Origin: Mobula hypostoma
Lineage: Eukaryota
Assembly: GCF_963921235.1 (NCBI RefSeq)
Contig: NC_086097.1
Location: forward strand, 90,026,001-90,090,000
DNA: 64,000 bases
Direction: 5' to 3'
Of this stretch, positions 1 through 13,517 are shown piece by piece. The notes under the pieces were generated by a model. The model ran no database searches. It was not told the origin of the DNA and worked only from the letters and a program-made list of their open reading frames with translations. Every line of letters begins with the position of its first letter. Positions within the stretch are counted from its first letter, which is position 1. The position numbers and the translations under genes are program-made.

Positions 1-224
1 TCGTAACTCCCAAATAGTTTAACGTAATACAAGCCAACCCAGTCAGCTTTATCAGCGATGCACTCATCACCTTAATTAACCTTTCCATTCATCATCGTAG
101 GAAAATTTATAACGTACACAGAGTAAGATAGTTAAAGTACAGCAGGGTTGGAATGAATCAACATGAGGTACTTCATTGAAGAGAGAGGGTATGAGGGAAA
201 GCGTAAGTGTTCTACCATCTTTTA

Positions 225-475
225 GTTCTCCTTCCATCAGACAGAAGGCACACAGTCAACGATTCAGGACTAGCTGCTTCCTCTCTGCCATCCGATTTCT
301 GAATGGACATTGAGCCCATGAACACTACCTCACCACTTTTTTTGCACTACTTATTTAACCATTACATATACTTACTGTAATTCACAGTTTTTAGTGTTAT
401 GTATTGCATAGTACTGCTACCACAAAAACAACAAATTTCATGACAAATGTGGGTGATAACAACCCTCATTCTGGA
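225..475 (+). mobile_element. Rex1/Babar-type LINE 3' end fragment
   Basis: Matches the 3' end shared by many copies in the window (aacgattcagg...gccatccgatttctgaatgga...aaatttcatgaca...gtgataacaac...ttctg). Confidence 0.7.
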
Positions 476-703
476 ATAAAACTAGACTCTCCAGGGTGGC
501 ACCTTCAGTTTCTAACTTACCTGCATTCTAAAGCAATGCCTCCTCTAATCACAAGCTCCACAGTCCATCCTTACTTGTTGTATCTGTAGGCTGGTCCAGC
601 TTTGTCTTGAAGTCCACAGACAAGTCCAGCATTTTTGCCAACTAATTGGCAATTGGGTGTTGCAGTTGGGTGTCAACTAAAGCAAGGTTGTATTTTTCTA
701 GAG

Positions 704-781
704 CAGGGGTTCGCAACATTTTATATACATAGAGTTTCACCATTAAGTAAGGAGTTGTGGACCCCAGGTGGGGAACCCGTG
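704..781. mobile_element. ~80-bp hAT/Charlie-like MITE
   Basis: Imperfect TIRs caggggttcgcaac...gtgggaacccgtg; degenerate 8-bp TSD ttctagag/ctccagag; related copies at ~19727-19808 and ~38798-38877. Confidence 0.6.
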
Positions 782-1316
782 CTCCAGAGGCTGATCTTTT
801 CATCAGCATTCTGATCAAACAAGTGCTGGTTAGTGCTTCCACTATCCTGGCCTGCAATATCTTTCCTGTCCCATGCCAACTACAGCTTCACCATATTCTC
901 TCTTGTTTCTAAATGCTAAAGAAACGAAAGAATTTAATTCATAAAGTACATTTACTGGTTGCACGATGTATCAATGGTCTTTATTACCAATTTGTGATGT
1001 ATGAAACAATGGACTCACAGCACATCCTTGCAAATAGTGAATAGCAAAGTGCTTTTTCATGTGCAGGGAATTAATGTGAATTTCCCCTTTTATTTTCAAT
1101 AGTGCCATACACCTTACAATACATATGAGGGTTCAATGTCATATTAAAGACAAAATATCAAAATGAGCATTTGATCACTGAGCTTACAATGTTTTTCGTA
1201 CATACCTTTAGAAGTAAGTTTATTTAAATAAGTCAAAGCTTGGAATCATCAAAGTGCCTTCTACAGATATCATCTGTTTAAAAATAGGAAAAGTAATAAG
1301 TTTGCTATAATTTTCT

Positions 1317-2459
1317 CCTTGTGCAATTGGATCCTGGATTTCCTCACTTGCAGGCCTCAGTCATTTTGGGAACAGCATCTCCTCCATGAGACCCATCAGC
1401 ACGGGTGCACCACAAGGCTGTGTGCTTACCCCCCCGCTCTACTCGCTTTACACCTATCACCATGTGGCTAAGCACAGCTCCAAAGCCATATTCAGGTTTG
1501 CCGATGACACCACTACTGTGTGCCAAGTCAAAAGTGATGATGAATCAGCAAAGAGAGGGGAGATTGAAAACTTGACTGGGTGTTGTCATAACAACAACCT
1601 CTCACTCAACGTCAACAAGACCAGGAAATTGGTTGTAGACTTCTGGAGAGGGAAACTAGAGGTCCATGAGCCAGTCCTCATGAAAAGATCAGAGGTGGAG
1701 AGCGTTAGCAACTTTTAGTTCCTGGGTGTTACTATTTCAGAGGAGCGACCTCGGACACAGCACATGCGTGCAATTGGAAAGAAAGCACGGCAGCACCTCT
1801 ACTTCCTTAGGAGTCTGTGGAGATTCAGCATGACATCTGAAACTTTGACAAACTTCTATCGATATGCAGTGGAGAGAGTATTAACTGGATGCTTCATAGC
1901 TTGGTATGGGAACACCAATGCCTTTGAATGGAAAATCCTTCAAAAGGTAGTGGATTTGGCCCAGTACATCATGGGTAAAGCCCTTTCGACCACTGAGCAT
2001 ACCTACATGAAACGTTGCCATAGAAAAGCAGCATCCATCATCAGAGATCCCCACCAACCATGTCATGCCCTTTTCTCGCTGCTGCCATCAGGTAGAAGGT
2101 ACAAGAGCCTTAGGACTCGCACCACCAGGTTCAAGAACAGTTACTACCCCTCCAACATCAGGCTCTTGAACAAAAGAGGATAACTACACTCACTTACACA
2201 TCCATTGAGATGTTCCCACAACCAATGATCTCTCTTTAAGGATTTGTTATCTTGTTATCTCATGTTCTCATTATTTTTTGCTATTTATTCATATTTGCAT
2301 TTGCACAGTTTGTTGTTTTCTGCACTCTGCTTGATCCTTCATTTATTCTGTTATAGCTGTCATTCCATAGATTTGCTGAGTATGCTCACAGGAAAATGAA
2401 TCTCAGGGTTGTATATCATTACATGTTTGTACTTAATAAAATTTACTTTGCACTTTGAA
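1317..2459 (+). mobile_element. 5'-truncated Rex1/Babar LINE (RT C-terminus + 3' UTR)
   Basis: ORFs 1386-1718 (TGAPQGCVLTPPLYSLYT, FADDTT, NNLSLNVNKTR) and 1764-2183 (HPxHALFSLLPSGRRYKSL); (actttga)-type tail. Confidence 0.9.
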
Positions 2460-2619
2460 TAGTTTCAGTTCCTGAGTATTGTGTAACAGTTCAATTACAA
2501 GACTATGTTCACAGGTAGGATGGTATTAAGCTAGAAATTGTGCAAAAAGGGATTTGTGAGGATGTTACCTGGAATGGAGGGCTTGAGTTCTCAGGAGAGA
2601 TTAGAGAAGCTGGGAGTTT

Positions 2620-3455
2620 TTTTGTAGATTCAGCCAAGTCCAGCACTGACACAACTCTCCCACCACCAAAAACATCTTCAAGAGTTGATGTCTCAAGTAG
2701 GCAGCATCTGTCACTAAGGGTCCTCACCAACCAGACATGTCTTCTTTACAATATTACCATCAGGGGCAAGGTTGGGAGCCTGAAAACCCACACTCAACAA
2801 CTTCTTCTCTTTCACCATCAGATTTCTGAATAGTCCATGAACTCATGAACACTACCCTGCTCTTCCTCTTTTGAATGTTTATCTGCCTGTCTAGCTGTCT
2901 ATTCATTGCAAAGGCACGTCCCTCTCCACCATTGGCAGTATCTACAGGAGGTGCTGCCTCAAGAAGGCAACACCTCTAATTACAGACTCCCCACCCCACC
3001 ACCATCTGCGTCATGTCTCGCAGCTACCATTGGGCATGAAGTACAGAAGCCTTAAGTACTACATCATCGGCTTCAAGAACAGCGACTTTGACTTTTGAGC
3101 CTACTGACAAATCCCTAATGCCTACAAATTTAGCACATCTGTAAACTGCCCCAACACATCCTTAGGTTGTGATGCTTGTTAATGCAAATGACGCATTTCC
3201 CTGCATGTTTCAATGTACGTGGTAAATAAATGAATCTGAATTTGAGCACTATGACCACTTTCCACAAAATGGACTTGCATTTTGTTCTAAGAGTGTTCTT
3301 TTGTAAAAATTGTGGTTAATTTATGTTTTTCTTGTGAATGCTGTTTATCTGATTCCATGTGCCTATGTTGTTGCTGTAAGTAAGATTTTATAGCTCCCCC
3401 ACCCCCCCATGCAGACATGTTCTAGTGCATATGACAATAAACTCAACTTTGACTA
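2620..3455 (+). mobile_element. Cluster of decayed Rex1/Babar 3' fragments
   Basis: Repeated ctcccNccatt...tgcctcaagaaggca...ccatc(a/g)ggc...tacagaagcc motifs and 3' tails like those of other copies. Confidence 0.6.
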
Positions 3456-3489
3456 ACAATGAAACTACTACTGATCCTGCCTTAGAAGA

Positions 3490-3745
3490 TTTAGAACAAT
3501 CTGAGCGATAAGTTTTTTCACACAGATGGTGATGTGTATATGCATTGAGCTGCCAGAGGATGTGGCAGGGGTTGGAACAATTACAGGGTTTAGAAGAAAC
3601 CTAGTGAGGTATTCGGATAGGGAAGGTTTAGATGGATATGGGCCAATGCAAGCAAAAGTGACCTGCATGGATAGACATGTTGTTCAGCAGAAACCAGTTG
3701 GGACAAAGGGCATGTTTCCATGCTATATAATTCTTTAAATCTTTA
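3490..3745 (+). mobile_element. CR1 LINE 3' end fragment
   Basis: ttttttcacacag...gagctgccagagga...gatatgggccaa...aaagggc...tgctatataattct, the CR1 3' terminal pattern. Confidence 0.65.
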
Positions 3746-4058
3746 TAATAATAATAATAAGCAATTATCATTTACCAAACACTCACCCTGCCCCCCACGC
3801 TGATCACAGACCCAGTTACTCCCCATCCCCTTCGTCAGGAGCATAGTCTTTTTCAGATAACATTGAGAGCCGACTCCAATTTAGGAGCCGTTGGCTGGGT
3901 CAGTCCCTGATCTCGAGGTTGAGGCATTGTGGAGCAGTCATGTTGCCAGCTCATTATCTACCCAGACCCCTAAGAGTTTGTGGTGGTGAATGGGTTCAGG
4001 ACATTGATGCTGCCTCCCCCCCACCCCCCACCAATAAGGTCATCAATCCACCTCCCAT

Positions 4059-4325
4059 AATTTATTTATTCCATTTAGCAAAACAGTGCGGAGTAGGGCC
4101 CTTCCAGTCCTTCGAGACACACTCTCCCAGTAACCCCCAACAAACCCAATTAACCCAAACTTAATCACAGGGCAACTTACAATGACCAATTAACTTACCT
4201 GTTACGTCTTTGGACCGTGGGATGAAATTGGAGGACCTGGAGAATACCCATGCATTCCACGGAGAGGACAGTGCCGGAATTGAACCCCAAACTCCAGAAC
4301 ACCCCGAGCTGTAGTAGCGTCTCAG
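4059..4325 (-). mobile_element. tRNA-derived SINE (HE1/V-SINE-like)
   Basis: Reverse strand has a B-box-like gttcaattccggc, the core tacaatgaccaattaac motif and an aataaataa tail; sister copies at 40828-41127 and 42255-42520. Confidence 0.65.
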
Positions 4326-4839
4326 GCTACATCTTCACGCATAGCCAGCCCTCCCAAGCTTCTGCATCGCCTCTGGGTGACAGCTGGAAGCAGGACAACC
4401 TAAGGTAAGAGTTTATCATAGATCATCAAGAGCACGGACTCAAAGTGAAAGTCAGCAGTCAGACTTCAACCATGTAGGACATTGTGATCTACATCCCCGG
4501 GACTTTGAATCCCACGAGGGTGGGATTAATATTAGGGCAGGGGTAGCGAGCCTATGGCACCCATATCCAAGCTGGCATTTGCAAAAGTTCTGTTTGCAGA
4601 TGGCATGTAATGCTGCCCCTCTTTAAACCCTACCCATAATAGAAATAAGATACATAATGATTATCTTTACTGCCAAATTCATCTGTTATACTTTTATTAA
4701 TAGTAGAACAATGAATACACATAAAAAAGCAAAAGGACTCATTCATTTTTCTCATAAAAGTCCATAATTGTTGTTATTAATTCATGTCAATGTCAATGGT
4801 AATCGTTGCTCAAAATGACCATGGTGTATGAAATAATTT

Positions 4840-5190
4840 TTTAGAAGATTATGAGGTATATAGGTAGTGTAAATGTAAGCAGGCTTTTTCCACTGAGGTT
4901 GGGTGAGACTTGAACTAGAGGTCATGGGTTAAGGATGAAAGATGAAATGTTTAGGGGACATTAGGGGAAATATCTTCATTTAGAGGGTGGTGAGAGTGTG
5001 GAATGAGCTGTGGCAAAAGTGGTGGCCACGGGTTCGATATCAACGTACAAGAGAAATTTGGATAGGCACATGTACGGGAAGGGTATGCAGGACTATGGTT
5101 GAGGTGCAGGTTGAGGGGACGAGGCAGAATAATAGTGTGGAATGTATCAGATGGGCCAAACAGCCTGCTTCTCAGCTGGAGCATTCTATG
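4840..5190 (+). mobile_element. CR1 LINE 3' end
   Basis: actagaggtcatgggttaagg...ttcatttagagggtggtgagagtgtggaatgagctg...attctatg tail. Confidence 0.75.
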
Positions 5191-5599
5191 ACTATCACCA
5201 ATTTGGGCACACACTCTCAAAATGATTCTGTGGGCATTAGTCCTGTTGAGATATGTCATCATTTATGGAAAATAACCACCTTTGTTTTGTAGGGATATGA
5301 GTCACTGGTGTGGCAGCTGCTGCCATTGCTGAAAGGTTGTTGAAGTGCTGCAAAAAGTCTCAGCACTGAGGCACCCATTACATTAGTATGTCAGCAGCTC
5401 ACTGACTGCTAGCTTGAGGACACATTGTGTAATTTAGAAGTTACCTGAGCCAACTGCAGAAACCTTTGAAGATGCACATTCAAGTTCTTGATAAAATAGA
5501 CCCAAATGCAGCAAAGCATTTTAACTGTTCAATTTTGGGAAGCTGCTATCACATGTTCCAATTTACAGTATGAAAGGAGCAACTGTACAGAACACTGCC

Positions 5600-7750
5600 A
5601 CTGATCTCAGCTACACAAGAAATCGAGATGCAATCTCTGAAAAGCTATCAGAGATGCTGAGAGACAACACCAGTACAAAGTAAGTCACAGACCAGGCATC
5701 ATTTGCTATAACAGGCTATGAAATGAAGTCAGGCATATCACTAATCACACTGAATTACTTCCCAATGAGTTGAACACATTCTCAACATATTTTAAACCGA
5801 AGAGAATAGGTATGTCATCACCAACCCTGTCAGCCTCCAATGCAACTGAACACTATTGTTGCAGATGTAAGTTCAGTCTTCAGCTGAGTGCACCTGCAGA
5901 AGCATCAGGCCTGGATGGTGTCCTTGGCCATGTCCTTAGATCCTGTGCCATCTGTTGGTCCCACCTGCTTTAAGGAGATCACTATCATCTTGCTATCCAA
6001 GAAGAGCAGGATAATGTGCCTTAATGACTACCGTCCAGTGACTCTGGCAATCACAAGGTGCTCTGAGACGCCGGTCATGGAGCATACTAACTCTATCCTC
6101 CCTGTCAACCTTGACCCACTACAATTCACTTGTCACCAAATGAAAATCTACAGTGGACACCATTTCTCTGGCCCTTCATTCACCTCTGGAGCATCTGGTT
6201 AGACCACATCAGACTGTAGTTTATTGACTACAGCTTCGCCTTCAGTGCTAGAGTTCCTGGCAAATTCAGCTTCAAACACCTAGAGGTGGGTCTCAGTTCC
6301 TGTTTTTGCAAATGGATCCACGACTTCCTGACCAGCAGAGCACAATCAGCAGGACAGGTAGCAACATATCTATCAAAGTATTCTCAACACTGGTGCCCCA
6401 CAAGCTGCGTCCCGAGCTGTGATAACGTTGCACTAAAGGCGGCACTGCTGTGGCGCCCAGTGAGGGTATTTGCTATGTTACGTACCCCGTAACTGGGTTG
6501 TCAAACCAGCAGAAGTGGAACACTCGTTGGAGTCTGTGATTACTAGAAACTAATAAAGTTTTATTAACAAAAATAAGTAATACAGTACACTAACTGCAAG
6601 GATATAAATGCAACAGGTTAGCAATGATAGTATACACATATACACAGACATAGAGTAATGGGAATCAACCAAGCTTTATCGCAGTCTAGGGGTAAAATGA
6701 TCAGTCTTAAGGTGAAGCAGAGTTCAGTTCTCTCTAGTGTAGTTCGAAGTAATCACTGTTGTTGTACCGTTGGAGAGAGAGAGAGAATGAGAGATACAGT
6801 TGAGGTTTCGGGCAAACCTTTCGATGCCTTCTGATCCCGCTGTGGTCACTGACTGTGACCCCTCCGTTCCGAATGCGACCGTTCTTCCGTGGTGAACCCG
6901 GCACCCAGGCAAGGACAGACACACAACAGGTCCCCACCGGTCATACCTTTACACCCTGTGAGCCTCTGACCAATTCCCACGAATTGGTCCTCCAAACTCC
7001 CACCAACTTGTGGGACACAATGCTCTTTCCAGGGTCTTGTGGCGTGTGTCTTGTGCCTTAGCAAACCCGCTATTTTCATCCCCCGATGGGGTATCACCTG
7101 TTCATCAAACTTCACACTTCCTATTGTCTCAGCAGGATTGTTAATGAACAATTCAGGTTCAAAGCAAACTGTCTGTGGCAGACGCCAACATACTGAATTA
7201 TGTGTCTCTCTCTTGTTATCTCTCTCTTCTCTCTTATTAGCATTTTGAATGGCTCTCCGTTGTCTCTCATTATCTCTCTCATTAACATCATCCATTCTGC
7301 AGGTCTTCTTGGCTTCACTCATGACAGCTATGTCCCGTGGAGGGCATTCTGACTGGTTGCAGCACCCCCTAGTATGGATGCTCCATTGTGCAGGATCAAA
7401 AGAGGTTGCAGAGGATCGTAGCCTCCACCAGTTCTACCAGCACATCAAAAGGCATCTTCAAAAGGCAGTGCATTCAATAAGGTGGTGTCCATCATTAAAA
7501 ATCCTCACCATCCAGAACATGCCTTCTTCTCGTTACTACCATCAGGGAGAGGTAAAGGAGCCTGAAGTCCCACACTCAGCATTTCAGGCACAGCTTCTTC
7601 CCTTCTCCATCTGATTTCTGAATGGTCAATGAACCCATAAAAACTACCTCTTTGTATTCCTCTTTTACACCTCATATTTATTTATTGCCACTTACAGTAA
7701 ATGTTATGTCTTGCACTGTGTTGCTACCACAGAGCAACAATTTTCACAGC
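5600..7750 (+). mobile_element. Decayed Rex1/Babar LINE interrupted by a solo LTR
   Basis: ORF 5888-6202 CFKEITII...[10 protein letters not shown]...LDPLQF; the 3' part resumes after 7330; a matching 3' tip reappears at ~8895-8942. Confidence 0.75.
6476..7326. mobile_element. Solo LTR, 851 bp
   Basis: Termini TGTTA...TGACA; perfect 4-bp TSD GCTA at 6472-6475 and 7327-7330; no internal gag/pol. Confidence 0.8.
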
Positions 7751-8890
7751 ACACACAAAATAGTGGAGGACCTCAGCAGTCAGCATCAATGGAAAGGAAT
7801 AAACAGTCGACGTTTCAAGCCAAAACCCTTTATCAGGACTGGAAAGGAAGGGGGAAGAGGTCAGAGTAAGAAGGTGGGATGGGAGGGGAAGGAGTACAAG
7901 GTGAGAGGTGAGAGGTGAAGCCAGGTGGATGGGATATGGGGAATGAAGTGAGAAGCTGGATGTCATAGGGGGGCACTGGTGGCAGACCCAAATGCAAGAC
8001 ACAGACACTGAAGTACTAGGAACAGGACTTGACTAGAGAGCTGGGACAAGAACACAGACTTGGGCTAGGATGTTGGCTAGGCAAGCAGGACCAGGACAAG
8101 GTACTGGGAACTAGGAGCCTGGGCTTGGACTCCAAGCCGGAGACTGGACAAGGACCCAGAACAGCCCAGCCTCAGGGTAATGGCAAGGACGGCCTGGCTT
8201 ACCCAATGGAGGCAAGGACAGGAAGGGACAGATCCAACTGCAGGGTAGCTTACCCCCACACAGGCGAGGACGGGATACTGACAAGACAAACCAGCACCCA
8301 CACTCGAACCCAGGGTCACTTATATTCCCAGCCCTAAGACAAGAATCAGGTGCCTATGATTAAGCCCAACTGAAACAAGGGGACAGCTGGAAGACCTGGA
8401 TTCCAGAGTCCACAGACCGGACCATGAACCAGAACGTGGACTTCACGGACCGGACCATGACACTGGAAGGTGATAGGTGGAAACGATAAAGGGCTGAAGA
8501 AAAAGGAATCTGATAGGAGAGGAGAGTGAGCCACAGGAGAAAGGGAAGGGGAGGTGACAGACAGGTGAAGAGAAGAGAAGAGGTAAGAGGGAAGCCAGAA
8601 GGAGGAAGGGAAGAAGAAGGAAAAGGGAAGGGAGAAATTACCAGAAGTTAGAGAAATCAATCAGGTTGAAGACTACCAGATGGAATATGAGGTGCTACTT
8701 CTCCAACCTGAGAGTGGCCTCAACGTGGCAGAAGAGGAGGCCTTGAACCAACGTGGCAGTGGAGGAGGCCGTGAACCAATATGTTGGAATGGGAGTGGAG
8801 ATTGGAATTAAAATAGTTGGCCAACAGAGATCCTGCTTGTGGTAGATGGAGTGAAGGTGCTCAGCAAAATAGTGTCCCAATCTACATTAG
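7750..8890 (-). mobile_element. Penelope-like element 3' part (GIY-YIG C-terminus + pLTR with decayed hammerhead)
   Basis: ORF 8695-8880 GHYFAEHLHSIYHKQDL...ATLRLEK; purine-rich UTR on +; reverse hammerhead motif at 7804-7841 (core CUGAUAA). Confidence 0.8.
7961..8462. mobile_element. Solo LTR, 502 bp (Gypsy-like)
   Basis: Termini TGTCAT...ATGACA; perfect 5-bp TSD CTGGA at 7956-7960 and 8463-8467; inserted in the Penelope UTR. Confidence 0.85.
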
Positions 8891-9349
8891 GGGATGTTGA
8901 TTTCACAGCATATGTCAGTGATAATAAACCTGATTCTGATTTTGACCGTAACAGTAGTAAGAAAGCTTGGAACTTCTAGGGCCAAAAATTAAACAATTTT
9001 TAGTTTGTGCTGTTCATCTTCCTTAGGCTTTCCAACAGTAGAGTCTTTACTCTTTATATTCTGTAGATAGAAAGGGGCCTGTCAGGGTAATTGTTTGCTC
9101 TGCTTAGAGTTTGGTATAAAATTGTATTTAATTTCTTATTGGATTATATATTTTTAAAAAATTAGAATGCTGAGACAACCTCGAGATGTAGAAAAATGAA
9201 AAAGACGACCGTCATAAAATAATCCTAGAAACTGTAACAGTCAAAAGTTTTCAAACTTACACCAAGAGATGTCACTAGAAAAACAATGTCTATTTGCTTC
9301 ATAAATTGGATGCAATCACTAGAATGGCATTTGATCTGAAGAGAAGACT

Positions 9350-11310
9350 GCAAAACCTTTACACCTGGTTGCCTTTATCAAACAATGGCTTAGCAGCTAA
9401 AAATTAGTAGGAAGCTAGAGGGTTGGAAAGCTTTTAAAAAGCAACAGGAAGCAACCAAAAAAAAAGGTATTAAGGGAAGAAAAGATGAAATGTGCAGGTA
9501 AACTAGCCAATAATAAAAAAGTATTATACCATAAATTTTTTCAGCTTCATGAAGAGTAAAAGAGAGGCATGAGGGGACACTGACCACTGGAAAATTACAC
9601 TGAAGAGGACATAGTGAGGGACAAAGAAATGGTGGACAAACTAAACAGAATAACTACTTTGTGTCAGTCTTCACTATGGAAGACTCTAGCCGCAAGCCAG
9701 AAATTCAGAAGTGTCACTTGGCAGAAGTGAGTGTGGTCGCTATTACTAAGGAGAAGGTGCTTGGGAAGCTGAAAAATAAGAAGGTAAATATGTCACCTGG
9801 ACCAGATGGACTACACCCCAGGATTCTGAAAGAGGTAGCTGAAGAGATTATGGAGGCTTTAGTAGTGATCTTTCAAGAATCACTAGATTCTGGATTGGTT
9901 TCAGAAGACTGGAAAACTGCAAATGCCTTTTCACTCTTTAAGAAGGGTGGGAGGCAAAAGAGATGAAATTATAGACCAGTTAGCCTGACTTCAGTGGTAG
10001 GAAAGATATTGGAGTCTATTATTAAGGATGAGGTTTTATGGGTACTTGGAGGCACATGATAAAATAGGCCAAAATCAGCATGGTTTTCAAAAAGGGAAAG
10101 CTTGCTTGATAAACTTGCTGGAATTCTATGAGGAAATAACAGTCAGGACAGACAAAGGAGAGTCAGTGGATGTTGTTTACTTGGATTTTCAGAAGGCCTT
10201 GACAACATCCTATACATGAGGCTGCTAAACAAGTTAAAAGCCCATGCTAATGTAGGAATTATTTTAACACGGATAGAAGATTGGCATACTAGCAGGAGGC
10301 AAAGAATGAGAATAAAAGGGGCCCTTTCTGGTTACCTGCTGGTGACTTGGTGACTAGTGGTGTTCTGCAGGGGTCAGTGTTGGGACTGCTTCTTCTCATG
10401 TTATATGTCAATGATTTGAAACTGATGGCTTTGTGGCCAAGTTTGCAGACAATACAAAGATAGATGGAGCAGCAGGTAATGTTGAGGAAGCAGGAAGTCT
10501 GCAGAAGAACTTAGACTGATTAGAAGAATGGGCAAGTAAGTGGCAGATGAAATACTGTATTGGGAAATGTATGGTCATGCACTTTGGTAGAAGGAATAAA
10601 GGTATAGACTATTTTCTGAATGGGGAGAAAATTCAAAAATCAGAGGTGCAAAGGGACTTGTAAGTCCTTGTGCAGGATTTGCTTAAGGTTACAAACTTGC
10701 AGGTTGAGTTGATGTAAGGAAGGCAAGTGCAATGTTGGCATTCATTTCATGAGGACTAGAATATAAAAGCAAGGATATAATGCTGAGGCTTTATAAGGTA
10801 TTGGTCAGACCGCACTTGGAGTGTTGTGAATAGTTTAGGGTCTCTTATCTAAGAAAGAATGTGCTGGCATCGGAGAAGGTCCAGTGGAGGTTCATGTGAA
10901 TGATCCTGGGAGTGAAAGGATTAATATATGAGGAGCATTTGATAGCCCCTGTACTCACTTGAATCTAGAAGAATAAGGAGGGAACCTCATTGAAAGTCAT
11001 CAAATATTGAAAAGCCTAAACGTGAGTGGATGTGGAGAGGATATTTCCTATAGTGGAGGACCAGGACCAGAAGGCATAGCTCAGAGTAGAAGTACATCCC
11101 TTTAGAACAGAGATGAGGAGGAATTTCTTTAACCAGGGGGTGGTGAATATGTGGAATTCATTACCCCACAGAGCTGTGGAGGCCAAGTCATTAAGAATAT
11201 TTAAAGCTGAGGTTGATCAGTAAGGGAGAAGGCGAGAGTATGGGGTTGAGAAGGATAATAATCAGCCATGAGCAGACTCAGTAGGCTGAATGGCCTAATT
11301 CTGCTCTTAT
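9350..11310 (+). mobile_element. Old 5'-truncated CR1 LINE (RT, many stops and frameshifts)
   Basis: SPGPDGLHPRILKE, QHGFQKGKACLINLLEFYE, VYLDFQKA, GVLQGSVLG, KFADNTK; CR1 3' end gaatggcctaattctgctc. Confidence 0.9.
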
Positions 11311-12429
11311 ACCATCAGGATCGAGGGCAGCTTTCATCCCATTGTTCCCAATCTCGTGAATGCACCTTCTATACGCCAAAGGATAAACTCTTGATCTCTC
11401 AATCTACCTCATTACATCCCTTGTATTTTACTTGTCTACCTGCACTGCACTTTATCCGCAATTGCAACTCTCTATTCGACATTCTGTCTTTATTTTTAGT
11501 TCCTTAATGCACTTAGGTATGGAATGATCTGTCTGGATGGCATGCAAACAAAAAATTTTCACTTTGTTCATTACGTGTGACACTATTAAACCAATTCTAG
11601 CAGCAGTATGGTTCCAAGGAATACATACCCATCATGCACCACACCCTCACTCCATCATCCCCAGTTGTTGTACCTCTAACTGATCCAACCCTTTTCGCTA
11701 TAAACCTGCACTGTGTCTTTCTTTCTTCCGGTAGCTAGGAAATTCTAGCTGGCTATGCAGCAGGGACTGAACCACAAGCCTTCGGACCATCTACTTGAAT
11801 TTAATACCATGTACTATGGTGGATAGGTTAGTGGTGGGGTCCACACACGGTCAGTCAGTGAGCATCTGTAGTCTGGTGCCAGGGCACAAGGAAGATCACA
11901 TCCAGAGGAGGAAAAGTCAACACAAATTCTGCCTCAGAGCACACATGAGGACATCAAGGCATCCTGTGGCACTTGCTGACTCAGGTTCAATCCTGACCTG
12001 CTGTGCTTTCTACATATTTTCCTTATGATTATGTGGGTTTCCTCAGGAGACTGTTCATCCCAAATCTGTATGGATTAGTAACTTAACTGGCCACTGTAAA
12101 TTCAACCTAGTGTGTAGGCATGTTGTGTGTAGTTCTGTAGGTGAGTGGTAAAACCTGGGGAGAGTTGATGAAAATGTGGGGCAAATATAATGGAACGGAT
12201 TGGCTGAGTAGCAATGGAAGCAGCTGTTAGACATTGCTCCATGTTGGGATTGCCTTCTCCACTATGGAAAGTCTGAGAACATGTTATAGCTACTGCTGTA
12301 TGCAGAATTGGAGTTGGGCTTTCTGGACCTTCTTACATTTCAGGCAATGCTCCAAGTATCATGTACATTATTATGGCCATTTGTCATTATCTGCAGACTG
12401 TCCCATCAATGTCAAAGAGAGGCGAGTCA

Positions 12430-12740
12430 TACAGCACAGAAATAGGCCATTCCACCCATCAAATCTGTGCCTGCCATCAAGCACTCATTTATACAAATCC
12501 TGCATTAATTTCATTCTATCTTTTTTACACATTTCCATTAAGCCAATCAAATTTCTACCATTCACCTTCGCACTGAAGGGAATTTACAGGCAACAAATGA
12601 CCTACCAACCAGCATATCTCTGAGATGTGGGAGCAAACCCACAAGATCATAGGGTGAACTTCCACAAAACAACAGCAGAGGTCAGGAATGAATCTGGGTC
12701 ACTGGAACTGTGAGGCGACAGCTTTCTGAGCTGTAGCTCT
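12430..12740 (-). mobile_element. Decayed HE1-like SINE
   Basis: aatttaca...cctaccaacc...gatgtgggagcaaacccac...aacttccaca...gaggtcagga core shared with the copy at 24690-25040. Confidence 0.55.
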
Positions 12741-13019
12741 GTGCTTCCAAGGTATTGTTTTAGATGGGTCTTCTCTTCGTGGTGGACATTGATGATCAAT
12801 AACAGAAACAAAGTAAGGGGGGAGCATTGGAATAGGGATGATCTGACATTGCTAGCCAGAGCTTTCTCCGTTTCTGACACTGATCTAAGTTAGGGGTGGC
12901 ATTTCCCACCCTGCTGCTGTCAGCCGCAGTTGGTCCTGTGCTGCCTGTGGGAGTCCACATGGAACCCTACATGGTGGGTCATCTTCTCCAGTGTCCCAGC
13001 TCTCATCCTGGTCCAGGTT

Positions 13020-13515
13020 AATTAACAGTATAGAACAGTTGAGCACACAAAGTTCCTGCTGACCATAATGCCAAATTAAACTAATTTCATCTGCCTGCAC
13101 ATGGCCCATATATCCTGCCTGTTCATGTCCCTGTCTAGATGCCTGTTAAAGATCACTACTAGACCTCCCTCCATCATCTCCCTTGGCAGCACATTCCAGA
13201 TACCAATCACTCTGTGTAAAAAAAAACTTGTCCACATATCTCCTTTGAACTTCCTCCTACTTCCTCCTTAAAGATATCCCCCTCTAATGTTTGGCAATAA
13301 GAACAAAGTCTCTGACCGTCTACCCTATCTATATCTCTCATTATCAGTTCTCCCCTTAGCCTCCAACATTCCAGAGAAAACAATCTGAGTTTGTCCAAAC
13401 TCTCTAATCCAATCAGTATCCTGGTGAATCTCTTCTGCAAAGCCTCCACATTCTTCCTGTAATGGAGCAACTAGAACAGCACACAAAACTCCATATGTTA
13501 ACACTGATACAAGCA
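13020..13515 (-). mobile_element. CR1 LINE 3' fragment
   Basis: ORF 13207-13470 HYRKNVEALQKRFTR...LFSLECWRLRGEL. Confidence 0.8.
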
Positions 13516-13517
13516 CC

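Noticed and set aside
3826..3842. Reverse-strand CUGACGAAGGG resembling a hammerhead start
   Set aside because: No GAAA, cleavage triplet or helix I partner follows.
11730..12811. Possible + exons (~11739-11826, ~12763-12811) with an in-frame TGA suggesting selenocysteine
   Set aside because: No recognisable selenoprotein motif or SECIS; consistent with chance pseudo-exons.
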